A DNA stretch of 64,000 nucleotides, taken from an uncultured Gammaproteobacteria bacterium. GTDB taxonomy: Bacteria; Patescibacteriota; Patescibacteriia; Patescibacteriales; UBA12465. The notes under the pieces are model-generated. The model made no database searches. It had not been told where the DNA came from and saw nothing but the letters and a program-made list of their open reading frames with translations. The stretch lies in the NCBI GenBank assembly GCA_964470695.1, contig CAYYDR010000001.1, positions 209,997 through 273,996 on the forward strand, given 5' to 3'. Numbering within the stretch: position 1 is the stretch's first letter; every line of letters starts with the position of its first letter. The position numbers and the translations under genes were made by a program. Below are positions 8,697 through 17,311 of the stretch, one piece after another.

Positions 8697-9377
8697 TTTT
8701 TCTTTAATTAAAGTTTTAATTGCTAAAAGCCCGTCTCGGGCTTTTATTTTTTTGCCTTCGTTATAGCCGCGCCTAGCGTAGCTAATAGGGAGCTCTTTAA
8801 TTTGGTAGCCGGCTTTTAACAGCTGGGCGGTGATTTCCGGCTCAATTTCAAAACGTCCGCCGGTTAATCTTATCTCTTCTAAAGCGCGCGCTGGGATTAG
8901 CTTAAAGCAGGTTTCCATATCAGTCAGACGGCTGGAAAAAAGAATATTAGTCAGAGCGGTTAAAAATAGATTTACCAAATAATGGAAACCGAGCGGCTTA
9001 TGGTTTAAGAAGCGCGAGCCGTAATAGGCTATTTTTTCATTAGCTGGTTCTTTTTTAATCGCCGCTAGGAGATCAATAATATTTTTAGGATCATATTCGG
9101 CATCAGCGTCGCAGACTACGAAGTATTCGCCCGCTATTTCCGTTAGGCCGTGTTTTATGGCCTCGCCCTTGCCTCGGTTAGTAGGCTGGTTAATCAGTTT
9201 GAATTCGTATTGCTTAGTTAAATTAGCCAGTATTTCTTCGGTCCCGTCCGTTGAGCCGTCATTGACGATAATTATTTCTTTATCAACTCTCAAAGAAAAA
9301 ATGGCCGGCAGGGAACTCGCGGCTATTCTTTCCTCGTTATAGATAGGGATTATGATTGATAAATTTTTACTCACCAT
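8685..9377 (-). CDS. family 2 glycosyltransferase, polyprenol-phosphate sugar transferase type (DPM1/GtrB/ArnC-like)
   Basis: SIIIPIYNEE, IIVNDGSTDGT, NRGKGEAI, VVCDADAEYDP. Its 3' end overlaps the convergent 6633-8696 CDS by 12 nt. Confidence 0.85.
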   Translation of the reverse strand: MVSKNLSIIIPIYNEERIAASSLPAIFSLRVDKEIIIVNDGSTDGTEEILANLTKQYEFKLINQPTNRGKGEAIKHGLTEIAGEYFVVCDADAEYDPKNIIDLLAAIKKEPANEKIAYYGSRFLNHKPLGFHYLVNLFLTALTNILFSSRLTDMETCFKLIPARALEEIRLTGGRFEIEPEITAQLLKAGYQIKELPISYARRGYNEGKKIKARDGLLAIKTLIKEKLFN

Positions 9378-9385
9378 ATGCTTGA

Positions 9386-10255
9386 TTATAGCATTTTTAT
9401 CAGTCCTGTCGCTAACAAGCGTCTGAATTCGGTCGTTTCTTCCACAGCTCTTTCTAGCGGTTTAATAATATTGCCGATTAGATATCCGTCGGTTTTCAGT
9501 CCGGCCTGGCGGGCGGCGCGCCTAGCTTTTTGGCATGATTTATATATTTGGTTAGAAATTTTTAGGGATGCCTCGGAGATAAAGAGTAAATTAGCCTGGA
9601 CAGAATCTTTTTTAAAATCTAAAACCAAATTTTTCTTTCGGGCAGCTTTAATAATAAGCGCATTAGCCGGCGTTAGCCGCCCCTTGCTTAAATCTTCCCG
9701 CCAATCGCAAGCATCGTCGGCTAGCTGCTTGGCCGTTAGAGCCTGGCGGAAAAAATTGACGGTTGCCGCTATTTTATTTTTGTTATTTATTTGATTTTTT
9801 TTATGGCCGCCAGAGAGACAGATTAAGGCTATAGCTCCGAGCGCCAGCGCTAGTGATTTATCGGATAAGTTTTCAATATTCCGCCAACTGGGCAAGCGTT
9901 TGGGATAAGTAATTTTTTCATTTTTTAAATGACCGCGATAGTGTAAAACCTCTCGGCGGTTAGCCCGGTCCAGATTATCTAAGATTTGTCTGAAAATATT
10001 ATAGAACGCCGCTGGTAAAGGCAATTCATAGTAAGCCGTTAAAAAATTGCGATAATGTTTATTCCCCAGAGGCAGATTAGCGGGGCAGCCTTCCTGATCT
10101 AAAAAATCATCATAGATATTAAGGGCTTGCCATAAATCAAGGTTGGCGCGGCCTAGCGATGATAAAACGGATTTGTTAATTTTATTTTTTATCTCTAATC
10201 GGTCATGATAAAACCAAGTCGGCCAGAAATATACTTTCTCAATTTTTTTGTTCAT
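9386..10255 (-). CDS. hypothetical protein with two DDxxD motifs (possible class I isoprenoid synthase / prenyltransferase-like fold)
   Basis: DDFLD at residues 49-53 and DDACD at 180-184, 131 residues apart. The second is followed by EDLSKGRLTP, which resembles the SARM-downstream GK-T-P of polyprenyl synthases. Its start overlaps the HK stop by 17 nt. Confidence 0.45.
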   Translation of the reverse strand: MNKKIEKVYFWPTWFYHDRLEIKNKINKSVLSSLGRANLDLWQALNIYDDFLDQEGCPANLPLGNKHYRNFLTAYYELPLPAAFYNIFRQILDNLDRANRREVLHYRGHLKNEKITYPKRLPSWRNIENLSDKSLALALGAIALICLSGGHKKNQINNKNKIAATVNFFRQALTAKQLADDACDWREDLSKGRLTPANALIIKAARKKNLVLDFKKDSVQANLLFISEASLKISNQIYKSCQKARRAARQAGLKTDGYLIGNIIKPLERAVEETTEFRRLLATGLIKML

Positions 10256-11711
10256 TTTTTATGGGTAAATTGACAATAAAGCGACTCCCCGAACCGACTT
10301 GGCTTTCAACGGCGATGGATCCGGAGAAATCTTTTTCAACGATACTTTTAGTGGAGGCTAGTCCTAGCCCAAGACCTCGCCCGCTTTCCATCTTAGTGCT
10401 AAAGAACGGTTCAAATATTTTAGTTATATTTTCTGGCGATATGCCTTCGCCCTGATCACTGACAGTGATTATGGCTCGGCCGTCTTTTTCTATTAATTCT
10501 ATATTTATCTGATAGTCATTTTTATTTTTGGAATTTTCATCCGTTTTGTAGGGCGGCCGTATCTCGCTCGCTTCAATCGCGTTGGATAGTAAATTGCTTA
10601 TTATTTGCCCGAATTTTATGGCGTCGCCGTAAAGATTAACCGCTGATTTTGGCCGGAAGTTAAGCGGCGTGTTAGCTTTACTAGCCTTATAAGTTAAGAT
10701 TTGGATAATCTGATTAATTTCTTCATTGGCGGAGAACATTGTCAAAGCACTTTCTTTTTGTATTTGTTTTTTAATGCCCGCCACTAGACCCTCCATTTTA
10801 TGGGCGGCCGTTATGGCCTGGTTGATATAGGAATTAGTATTATTGAAATCAATTTTAACTTCGTCTTTGGCTTGGCCCAAATTTAAGGAGACGGCGGTTA
10901 GGGGATTAATTAAATCATGGAAAATGCCTGATGATAGTCGCCCGAATTCTGCCAGCCGATAAAGTTGGTTGATTTTTTCCGCTTCCGCTTGCCGCAATTG
11001 GTCAGTCCGCTCTCTTACCCGGATTTCTAATTGATCGCGTTCTTGTTTTAATTCGGCCTCGCTGTTTCTAGCTCTTTTTAGAGCCTGGTTTAAACCGCGG
11101 CAGAATAACCAGGCTACGGCCGCAATCATGAGCGATAAAATGGCATAGGCGATAGCGTCGCCTAATTCATGTTTTTCCGCTCGCCAGTAGCTAACGACTT
11201 TAATCATTCCAGAACTTTGGAGCCAGGTTAGGATAATTAAAAAAATATTAATGACTACCGTGCTTATAAATACCAGACTCTCGTTAATTAATATGCCGGA
11301 GAGAGTCACAACTAAAACAACTAGTAACAACCCGGCTGGTAAATCCGCTCCCCAGGTAGTTAGAGAATATAAGGCTGGCCAAGCGTAGATGATTATTAGT
11401 AGCCAGCTGGCGGTTTTTATCTTTCCTCGCCCCGATAGCCAGCGTAGTCCAATAAACCAAGCGAGTATTAGCAGGGTATAGATTATTGGCAGGCCGCGAT
11501 CGTCGCCGTGGCTAAAATAATCAACGAGACGGATTATATTTATTATCAGGAAACAGCCGATAGAGAAGGTCAACAGGATATTAAGAATTAATTCTTGGCG
11601 TCGCAAATCCTCTTCTTGGCTTTTAGGATTAATTAATTTTTTGAGATTTTCTTGAATATTAATTTTGGGCATATTTTTATTGACCAGAATAAGCCTAGGT
11701 TTAGTAAACAA
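10239..11711 (-). CDS. membrane sensor histidine kinase
   Basis: About 6 N-terminal TM segments, a coiled coil, the H-box SSGIFHDLINPLTAV, and HATPase motifs NLLSNAIEA, DQGEGI, GRGLGLGLA. The annotated start overlaps a terminator T-tract, so ATG 11672 (MPKINIQ) is more likely. Confidence 0.85.
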   Translation of the reverse strand: MFTKPRLILVNKNMPKINIQENLKKLINPKSQEEDLRRQELILNILLTFSIGCFLIINIIRLVDYFSHGDDRGLPIIYTLLILAWFIGLRWLSGRGKIKTASWLLIIIYAWPALYSLTTWGADLPAGLLLVVLVVTLSGILINESLVFISTVVINIFLIILTWLQSSGMIKVVSYWRAEKHELGDAIAYAILSLMIAAVAWLFCRGLNQALKRARNSEAELKQERDQLEIRVRERTDQLRQAEAEKINQLYRLAEFGRLSSGIFHDLINPLTAVSLNLGQAKDEVKIDFNNTNSYINQAITAAHKMEGLVAGIKKQIQKESALTMFSANEEINQIIQILTYKASKANTPLNFRPKSAVNLYGDAIKFGQIISNLLSNAIEASEIRPPYKTDENSKNKNDYQINIELIEKDGRAIITVSDQGEGISPENITKIFEPFFSTKMESGRGLGLGLASTKSIVEKDFSGSIAVESQVGSGSRFIVNLPIKNEQKN

Positions 11712-11742
11712 AAGCGCTTCCTAGCGGGCGTAAGAAGCGCTT
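11705..11742 (-). terminator. intrinsic terminator between the response regulator and the kinase
   Basis: On the minus strand: 9-bp stem GAAGCGCTT...AAGCGCTTC with a 13-nt loop, followed by TTTTGTTT. Confidence 0.55.
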
Positions 11743-11751
11743 CGTGTCTTA

Positions 11752-11862
11752 TCAATCTCGCCAGGGAGTACCGGGGTTTAGGGCGGTCGCCAAAATCATA
11801 GCCATTAATTCGGTTCTAGATTGTTTTCGGCTGGTTTGGGCATTTTTGTTGCTTTTTGTCAT
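11752..11862 (-). CDS. possible 36-aa small ORF (MTKSNKNAQTSRKQSRTELMAMILATALNPGTPWRD)
   Basis: Hand translation. The stop lies immediately upstream of terminator 11705-11742. No SD. Below the ORF-track cutoff. Confidence 0.2.
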   Translation of the reverse strand: MTKSNKNAQTSRKQSRTELMAMILATALNPGTPWRD

Positions 11863-11991
11863 ATATGTCTTGTTTATTTGTTAGACAATATCGACCTGGC
11901 GCCAAGCCGCTTATAGCAGTCTCGGCTATTGCCGATATTATTTTAACAAGACTGAGATGAAGAAAAGTTAAAAATTTTCTAAAGGATTTTT

Positions 11992-12663
11992 TTATTTTTT
12001 TTCGTCAATTTTATAGCCGCGATTAGAAAAAGTAAAAATTAATTTGCGGCCATCTGTTTCTAGTTTCCGCCGCAAGTTCCTGATATGTACTTCTATAGTA
12101 TTAGAGAAGGGGTCGGCATTTTCATCCCAGACATTTTCCATTATTTCCTGACGCGACATTATGCGTCCCTTATTTTTCATTAAATATTCTAGAAGTGCAA
12201 ACTCTTTAGATGATAGAAAAACGCGTTGGCCTTGCCGGCTGACTAGGAACCGGTCGGGATCAAGTTCTAAGTCGCCTAGTTTTAATATATTCTCAGTATA
12301 GGTTTTAGGGCGGCGCAGTAGAGCCTTAACGCGGGCTAGTAGTTCTGCTACGGCAAAGGGCTTAGATAAATAATCATCAGCGCCCAAATCTAAAAGTTCA
12401 ATTTTATCGTTTATTTCTGATCTAACGGTTAACATTAAGATGGGAATATTAATATTCTCGGCTCGCAGTTTTTCAATGATTTCGCGCCCGTTTAATCCAG
12501 GGAGATTATAGTCCAAAATGATTAGAGAATAGCTATTAGTCCGAGCGGAAAAATAACCATTTTCTCCATCTGCGGCAGTATCAACTGTAAAGTTAGAAGC
12601 CTTTAAGGCTAGGGCTAAGGGGCGGGAAATATCGCTGTCATCTTCAATAAGTAGAATGCGCAT
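11992..12663 (-). CDS. OmpR-family response regulator
   Basis: Receiver domain (MRILLIEDD..., ILDYNLPGLNG, DDYLSKPF) plus a winged-helix C-terminus (LSSKEFALLEYLM..., VWDE...NTIEVHIRNLRRKL). Confidence 0.9.
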   Translation of the reverse strand: MRILLIEDDSDISRPLALALKASNFTVDTAADGENGYFSARTNSYSLIILDYNLPGLNGREIIEKLRAENINIPILMLTVRSEINDKIELLDLGADDYLSKPFAVAELLARVKALLRRPKTYTENILKLGDLELDPDRFLVSRQGQRVFLSSKEFALLEYLMKNKGRIMSRQEIMENVWDENADPFSNTIEVHIRNLRRKLETDGRKLIFTFSNRGYKIDEKK

Positions 12664-12832
12664 ATTTTTATTTTTATTTTAGCTTAAAATAACCGTCCGA
12701 ACAATATTCTGGGTTTTTAGCCCATTGCTTATATTATACAAAAAGTGAGATAAAAAAAATCTAAATTTTTTATAAATAAAAAATAAAGACCGCCTTGCCT
12801 TTATTGCTTATTAGCGTTAATATTGTATAAAT

Positions 12833-14926
12833 ATGGGCTCTAAACTTTTTAGAATTTCTAGAAATAACAGCTTAGCTGAATCCTTGCGCCGCAAGAACGA
12901 CGACCCCTTTTTAGTGAAAGAAGGTCGTTTTCATTTTGGCGAATTAAAGGACTCGGCTTATTATGCTGATTGGACAGAGGCTTCTTTTTTAGCTGACACT
13001 AGCCATAAAGAAATGGTTAGCCGGTCTTTTAATTTTCAGAAGTTAAGATATTTTATTTTTGGCGCCATTATTCTTTTATTAGTCTTAGTCGCTAGAACTT
13101 TCTGGCTCCAGGTTGGTAAAAATGATTATTATAGCCTGCTTTCTGAGAGCAACCGTTTGCGCGCCGAGATTATTGAACCTAAGCGCGGCATTATTTATAC
13201 TAGCGACTTAAGGCCGCTAGTGAGAAATAAAGCTAATTTTGTCTTATATTTTAAGCCTATTGATCTGCCTAAAGACGAGCTGGCGCGCGATAACCTGCTG
13301 CGTAAAATAAGTTATATTTTATCCGGCGAGCAGGTAGCGCCAAAAACCCAGCTGGGATCGGATCAGGGAAAAATTAGTATTACTACCGATAACCCGATTT
13401 TTTATCAGATTAAGGATATTTTAAGCGGGGTTAAATTAGGCTCTCTAGAGTCTTATCAGCCGCTGTTTGTCGCCGATAATATAGATTATGATAAGGCCAT
13501 GCTTTTGGCCTTAGAGATGCCTAGTTGGCCGGGAGTATTTTTATCAAGTAAAATTAGGCGCGAGTATTTAACCGATTCAGCTAGTACGAGCCCGACGGTC
13601 TTGGGCGAAACTAGTTTTTCTCATATTTTAGGATACATCGGAAAAATTAATGACTCCGAAATGAAAGATTTGGGGCCGGATTATTCGCCCATAGATTACA
13701 TCGGCAAAATGGGCATTGAATATACTTGGGAGAAAGAATTGAAGGGCCGGCCAGGCCGAAAAAATATTGAAGTGGACGCTTTGGGTCGCCAAAAGAAAAT
13801 TATTAATGAAATTCCCGCGGCTGATGGCTATAATTTGCAGTTGTCCCTGGATTTTCGCCTGCAACAAAAAACCGAGGAGATTGCTTCGGCTTATTTAAAA
13901 AAATCAGGTTTTCATCGGGCGACAATTATTATCATGAATCCTAATAATGGCCAGATATTAAGCCTGGTCAGTTTGCCTTCTTATAATAATAATCTTTTCG
14001 CGCGCGGCATTAGCCAGGATGAGTATAATAAATTTTTAACTGATCCTAATCGGCCTTTGTTTAACCGGGCCGTTAGCGGCGAGTTTCCTTCGGGATCAAC
14101 TATTAAGCCTGTTTTTGCCGCCGGAGCGCTTCAGGAAAAAATAATTACGGAAACGACTAGTTTTTTAAGTACCGGAGGTCTGCGTATCGGAGAGTGGTTT
14201 TTTCCGGATTGGAAGGCGGGCGGCCATGGCACGGTTGATGTGCGCAAAGCCTTAGCTTGGTCAGTTAATACCTTCTTTTATTATATAGGCGGCGGATACG
14301 GAGATTTTAAAGGACTGGGCGTTTCGGGCTTGGTAAAATATGCTAAGTTATTTGGTTTAGGGGAATTGACGGGAGTAGATTTGCCCGGCGAAAGAGCTGG
14401 TTTTGTGCCGACGGCCGATTGGAAAGAAAGAGTTAAGCAAGAGCCTTGGTATATCGGCGACACCTATCATTTTGCTATTGGCCAGGGTGATGTTATTGTT
14501 ACGCCGCTCCAAGTCGCTAATTATACGGCCGCGATTGCTAATGGCGGAACTTTGTATCAGCCGCATCTAGTTAGTAAATTATTAAATGCCGAGAATAAAG
14601 TAATTAGGGAAGTTCAGCCGACGGTTTTGCGCCAGAATTTTATTGATTCAGCGAATTTAAAGATAGTCAGGGAGGGGATGCGGGAGACGGTTACTCTTGG
14701 CAGTGCGCGCTCTATGAGTTCTTTGCCAGTCGCGGTCGCTGGGAAAACCGGCACGGCCCAATGGTCTACTAAAAAGGCGCCGCATGCCTGGTTTATTGGT
14801 TTCGCGCCCTATGAAAATCCGGAGCTCGCTATCACGGTTTTAGTAGAGGAGGGAGTTGAGGGGAGCGCTATCGCCGTGCCCATCGCTAAGGATATATTAA
14901 ATTGGTATTATTCTGGCCGGCCTTAA
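12833..14926 (+). CDS. mrdA: penicillin-binding protein 2 / class B PBP transpeptidase
   Basis: N-terminal TM segment, SxxK (SGSTIKP), SxN (WSVN), KTG (GKTGTA). Confidence 0.85.
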   Translation: MGSKLFRISRNNSLAESLRRKNDDPFLVKEGRFHFGELKDSAYYADWTEASFLADTSHKEMVSRSFNFQKLRYFIFGAIILLLVLVARTFWLQVGKNDYYSLLSESNRLRAEIIEPKRGIIYTSDLRPLVRNKANFVLYFKPIDLPKDELARDNLLRKISYILSGEQVAPKTQLGSDQGKISITTDNPIFYQIKDILSGVKLGSLESYQPLFVADNIDYDKAMLLALEMPSWPGVFLSSKIRREYLTDSASTSPTVLGETSFSHILGYIGKINDSEMKDLGPDYSPIDYIGKMGIEYTWEKELKGRPGRKNIEVDALGRQKKIINEIPAADGYNLQLSLDFRLQQKTEEIASAYLKKSGFHRATIIIMNPNNGQILSLVSLPSYNNNLFARGISQDEYNKFLTDPNRPLFNRAVSGEFPSGSTIKPVFAAGALQEKIITETTSFLSTGGLRIGEWFFPDWKAGGHGTVDVRKALAWSVNTFFYYIGGGYGDFKGLGVSGLVKYAKLFGLGELTGVDLPGERAGFVPTADWKERVKQEPWYIGDTYHFAIGQGDVIVTPLQVANYTAAIANGGTLYQPHLVSKLLNAENKVIREVQPTVLRQNFIDSANLKIVREGMRETVTLGSARSMSSLPVAVAGKTGTAQWSTKKAPHAWFIGFAPYENPELAITVLVEEGVEGSAIAVPIAKDILNWYYSGRP

Positions 14927-14954
14927 TTTATATTTAGATATAAATATTTATTAT

Positions 14955-15449
14955 ATGACCATACCTTTACCCTTACATTTATTTATTCATTTTACGCTGG
15001 CTTATTTAGTTGGTTTATTTGTCGGCACGCGTTTTAAAAAATTGGAGCTGGGAATAATAGCGGGAATTATCGGCGGCTTCCTGATTGATCTGGATCATTT
15101 GTTGGAATATTTTTTATTCTATGGTTGGCAGTTCAATTTTTGGCATTTTATAGAAGGCCGGGAATTTGTCCTGAGCAACCAAATTCATCTTTGGTTTCAC
15201 GCCTGGGAGTATATACCAATAATTTTAATATTTGCTTGCCTTACTCGCCGTAAATCTTTATCAGCGTTTTTCGTAGCGCTTGCTTTAGGCGGGCTAGTCC
15301 ATTTGGTCAGCGATAGTTTTATAAATAATTATCCCTTCCGGAATTATTCTTTGTTTTATCGTTACCAAATAAATTTTTCGGCGCCTAAATTATTAAGCCC
15401 GGAACAGTACCAAAAATATTTAGAGAGTAAGGAATATTTTAATTCTTAA
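14955..15449 (+). CDS. small membrane protein, YdjM/DUF457-like putative metal-dependent hydrolase
   Basis: 4-5 TM segments with DLDHLLEY and HLVSDS His/Asp motifs. Confidence 0.45.
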   Translation: MTIPLPLHLFIHFTLAYLVGLFVGTRFKKLELGIIAGIIGGFLIDLDHLLEYFLFYGWQFNFWHFIEGREFVLSNQIHLWFHAWEYIPIILIFACLTRRKSLSAFFVALALGGLVHLVSDSFINNYPFRNYSLFYRYQINFSAPKLLSPEQYQKYLESKEYFNS

Positions 15450-15493
15450 ATTTACCTAATAATAAATAAAAATTTAAATAAATAGTGATATAT

Positions 15494-15520
15494 TTAGCAC
15501 TCTATTGACTTGAGTGCTAA
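15494..15520 (+). promoter_or_regulatory. CIRCE operator (HrcA binding site)
   Basis: TTAGCACTC-N9-GAGTGCTAA, a perfect match to the CIRCE consensus, directly upstream of hrcA. Confidence 0.9.
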
Positions 15521-15533
15521 TTTTATTTATAAT
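15505..15533 (+). promoter_or_regulatory. sigma70-like promoter embedded in CIRCE (TTGACT-17-TATAAT)
   Basis: TTGACT at 15505-15510 lies in the CIRCE spacer. TATAAT at 15528-15533. Confidence 0.7.
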
Positions 15534-15541
15534 GTTCTCAT

Positions 15542-16234
15542 ATGATTTCCGAACGCAAAAAATTTTTATTAGAGACAATCATTAGAGAGTATGTTAAGAC
15601 GGCTCAGCCGGTTTCTTCGGGCGTTCTGGTTGATAAGTATAAATTAGATATATCGCCAGCGACAGTTAGGAATGAAATGATGGAGCTTGAGGAAGAGGGT
15701 TATATTAGACAGCCTCATACTTCAGCCGGACGTATCCCGACCGAAGCCGCTTACGAATTATTTCTAGCGGATTGGCTGTCCAGTAAAGAGAAGCGCGGAC
15801 TAAAAGAGACTGAACATAAAACTTTGTCGCAATCTTTTAAGCACGATGAAATGGCCTATAAGCAGACGGCCAAGGTTATTGCGGAATTATCAGGCAGCGC
15901 AGTTTTCTGGGCCTTCCATAAGAATGATTTATATTATACCGGTCTTGCCAATCTTTTTTCTCAGCCAGAATTTAAGCAGTTGGACGTGGTTTGTGATGTT
16001 TCTAGCATAATTGATCGCTTGGAAGAAATAATTGATGAAGTTTTTGAAAATTTGGCGGAGCATGAGCAGATTTTAATCGGTTCCAAGAATCCCTTTGGAA
16101 ATTTTTTAAGCACAGTTTTAGTAAAATATAAAAATAATAATCAGAGCGGCGTTTTTGGCATTCTCGGTCCGGTCCGCATGGATTATAGCCATAATTTAGC
16201 TTTGGTAGAATTTATTAAGAAAAAATTTGAATAA
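15542..16234 (+). CDS. hrcA: heat-inducible transcription repressor HrcA (short form, 230 aa)
   Basis: N-terminus reads ...YVKTAQPVSSGVLVDKY...SPATVRNEMMELEEEGYIRQPHTSAGRIPT. Operon context. Confidence 0.85.
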   Translation: MISERKKFLLETIIREYVKTAQPVSSGVLVDKYKLDISPATVRNEMMELEEEGYIRQPHTSAGRIPTEAAYELFLADWLSSKEKRGLKETEHKTLSQSFKHDEMAYKQTAKVIAELSGSAVFWAFHKNDLYYTGLANLFSQPEFKQLDVVCDVSSIIDRLEEIIDEVFENLAEHEQILIGSKNPFGNFLSTVLVKYKNNNQSGVFGILGPVRMDYSHNLALVEFIKKKFE

Positions 16235-16235
16235 T

Positions 16236-16730
16236 ATGAGTGAAGAAGTTAAAAATGAAGAATTGGATAGTGAGTCCAATAGTGAACTTAATAAGGGATT
16301 GGATCAGGCGGGCGAGGAAAATAAACAGGAGGAAGAGCCTTGGGAGCATAAATATAAACGCGCCTTGGCCGATTATCAGAATTTGTTAAAACAAAACGCT
16401 AAAGAGAGGGAAGAGTTCATAAAATATGCGGTCAGTGATTTTTTACAAGATATTCTTCCGGTTTACGATCATCTTAAAATGTCTTTAATCGGCTTAAATG
16501 ATGAAGAGAATAAAAATGCTTGGGTGCAAGGAGTTAAACATGTTTTAAAACAGTTTAAAGATGTGTTAGAAGCCAGAGGAATTGAAGAAATAAAAACAGT
16601 CGGTGCCAATTTTGATCATAATACAATGGAGGCGATTGACGGGACGGGCGAAAAAGTTAAGCAAGAAGTTATGCCGGGCTATAAGTTGAATGGGAAAGTA
16701 ATTAGGCCGGCGAAAGTAATAGTAGAATAA
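16236..16730 (+). CDS. grpE: nucleotide exchange factor GrpE
   Basis: KRALADYQNLLKQ..., FDHNTMEAI, GYKLNGKVIRPAKV. ATG 16236 begins 2 nt after the hrcA stop (one intervening nt); the ORF track offers TTG 16227. Confidence 0.9.
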   Translation: MSEEVKNEELDSESNSELNKGLDQAGEENKQEEEPWEHKYKRALADYQNLLKQNAKEREEFIKYAVSDFLQDILPVYDHLKMSLIGLNDEENKNAWVQGVKHVLKQFKDVLEARGIEEIKTVGANFDHNTMEAIDGTGEKVKQEVMPGYKLNGKVIRPAKVIVE

Positions 16731-16796
16731 TTAATTTGTATCTTTTCATATCTACTTATCGCTGATGATAAGTTTTATGAGAGGAGAAATAAATCT

Positions 16797-17228
16797 ATGT
16801 CACTTATAAAATGGACCCCATTTTTCCCGGAGTTTGACGACATGGAAAAAGCCATGGAATCCATGTTGCCGGCTGTTCGGGGCAATCAATTCGGTTTTAC
16901 TCCCGCCGTTGATATGTATGAGGATAAGGACAATATTGTCATTGAAACTCAGCTGGGCGGAATAAATCCGGAGAAGGTTGATATCTCTATTGAGAATAAT
17001 GTTTTAACTATTAAAGGTGAGAGCGAAAAGAAGAGCGAAATTGATGAAAAAAATTATTACCGCAAGGAAATCCGTCGTGGTTCTTTTTACCGCTCTATCC
17101 CGCTTCCGACTAAGGTTGACGGCGACGCGGCTAGCGCCGTAAATGAAGATGGTGTTTTAAAAATCACCGTGCCTAAGGCAGCGGAAGTAAAGCCGAAGAC
17201 AATTAAAATTCAAAGCCAGAAAAAATAA
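16797..17228 (+). CDS. hsp20: Hsp20/alpha-crystallin small heat-shock protein
   Basis: TPAVDMYEDKDNIVIETQLGG...RRGSFYRSIPLP...GVLKITVPK. SD GAGGAG at 16780-16785. Confidence 0.9.
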   Translation: MSLIKWTPFFPEFDDMEKAMESMLPAVRGNQFGFTPAVDMYEDKDNIVIETQLGGINPEKVDISIENNVLTIKGESEKKSEIDEKNYYRKEIRRGSFYRSIPLPTKVDGDAASAVNEDGVLKITVPKAAEVKPKTIKIQSQKK

Positions 17229-17311
17229 TTGTTGATTAATCGCTAGCCCTATTACGGGCTAGACATTAGTTAATAATACTAGAAAATAAATAAAAATAAA
17301 TTAAAAATAAT

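Noticed and set aside
9378-9794. 138-aa ORF on the plus strand
   Set aside because: It lies entirely antisense to the better-supported 9386-10255 CDS, which is tightly coupled to its neighbours. Its composition is low-complexity Ser/Ala/Leu, typical of a shadow ORF.
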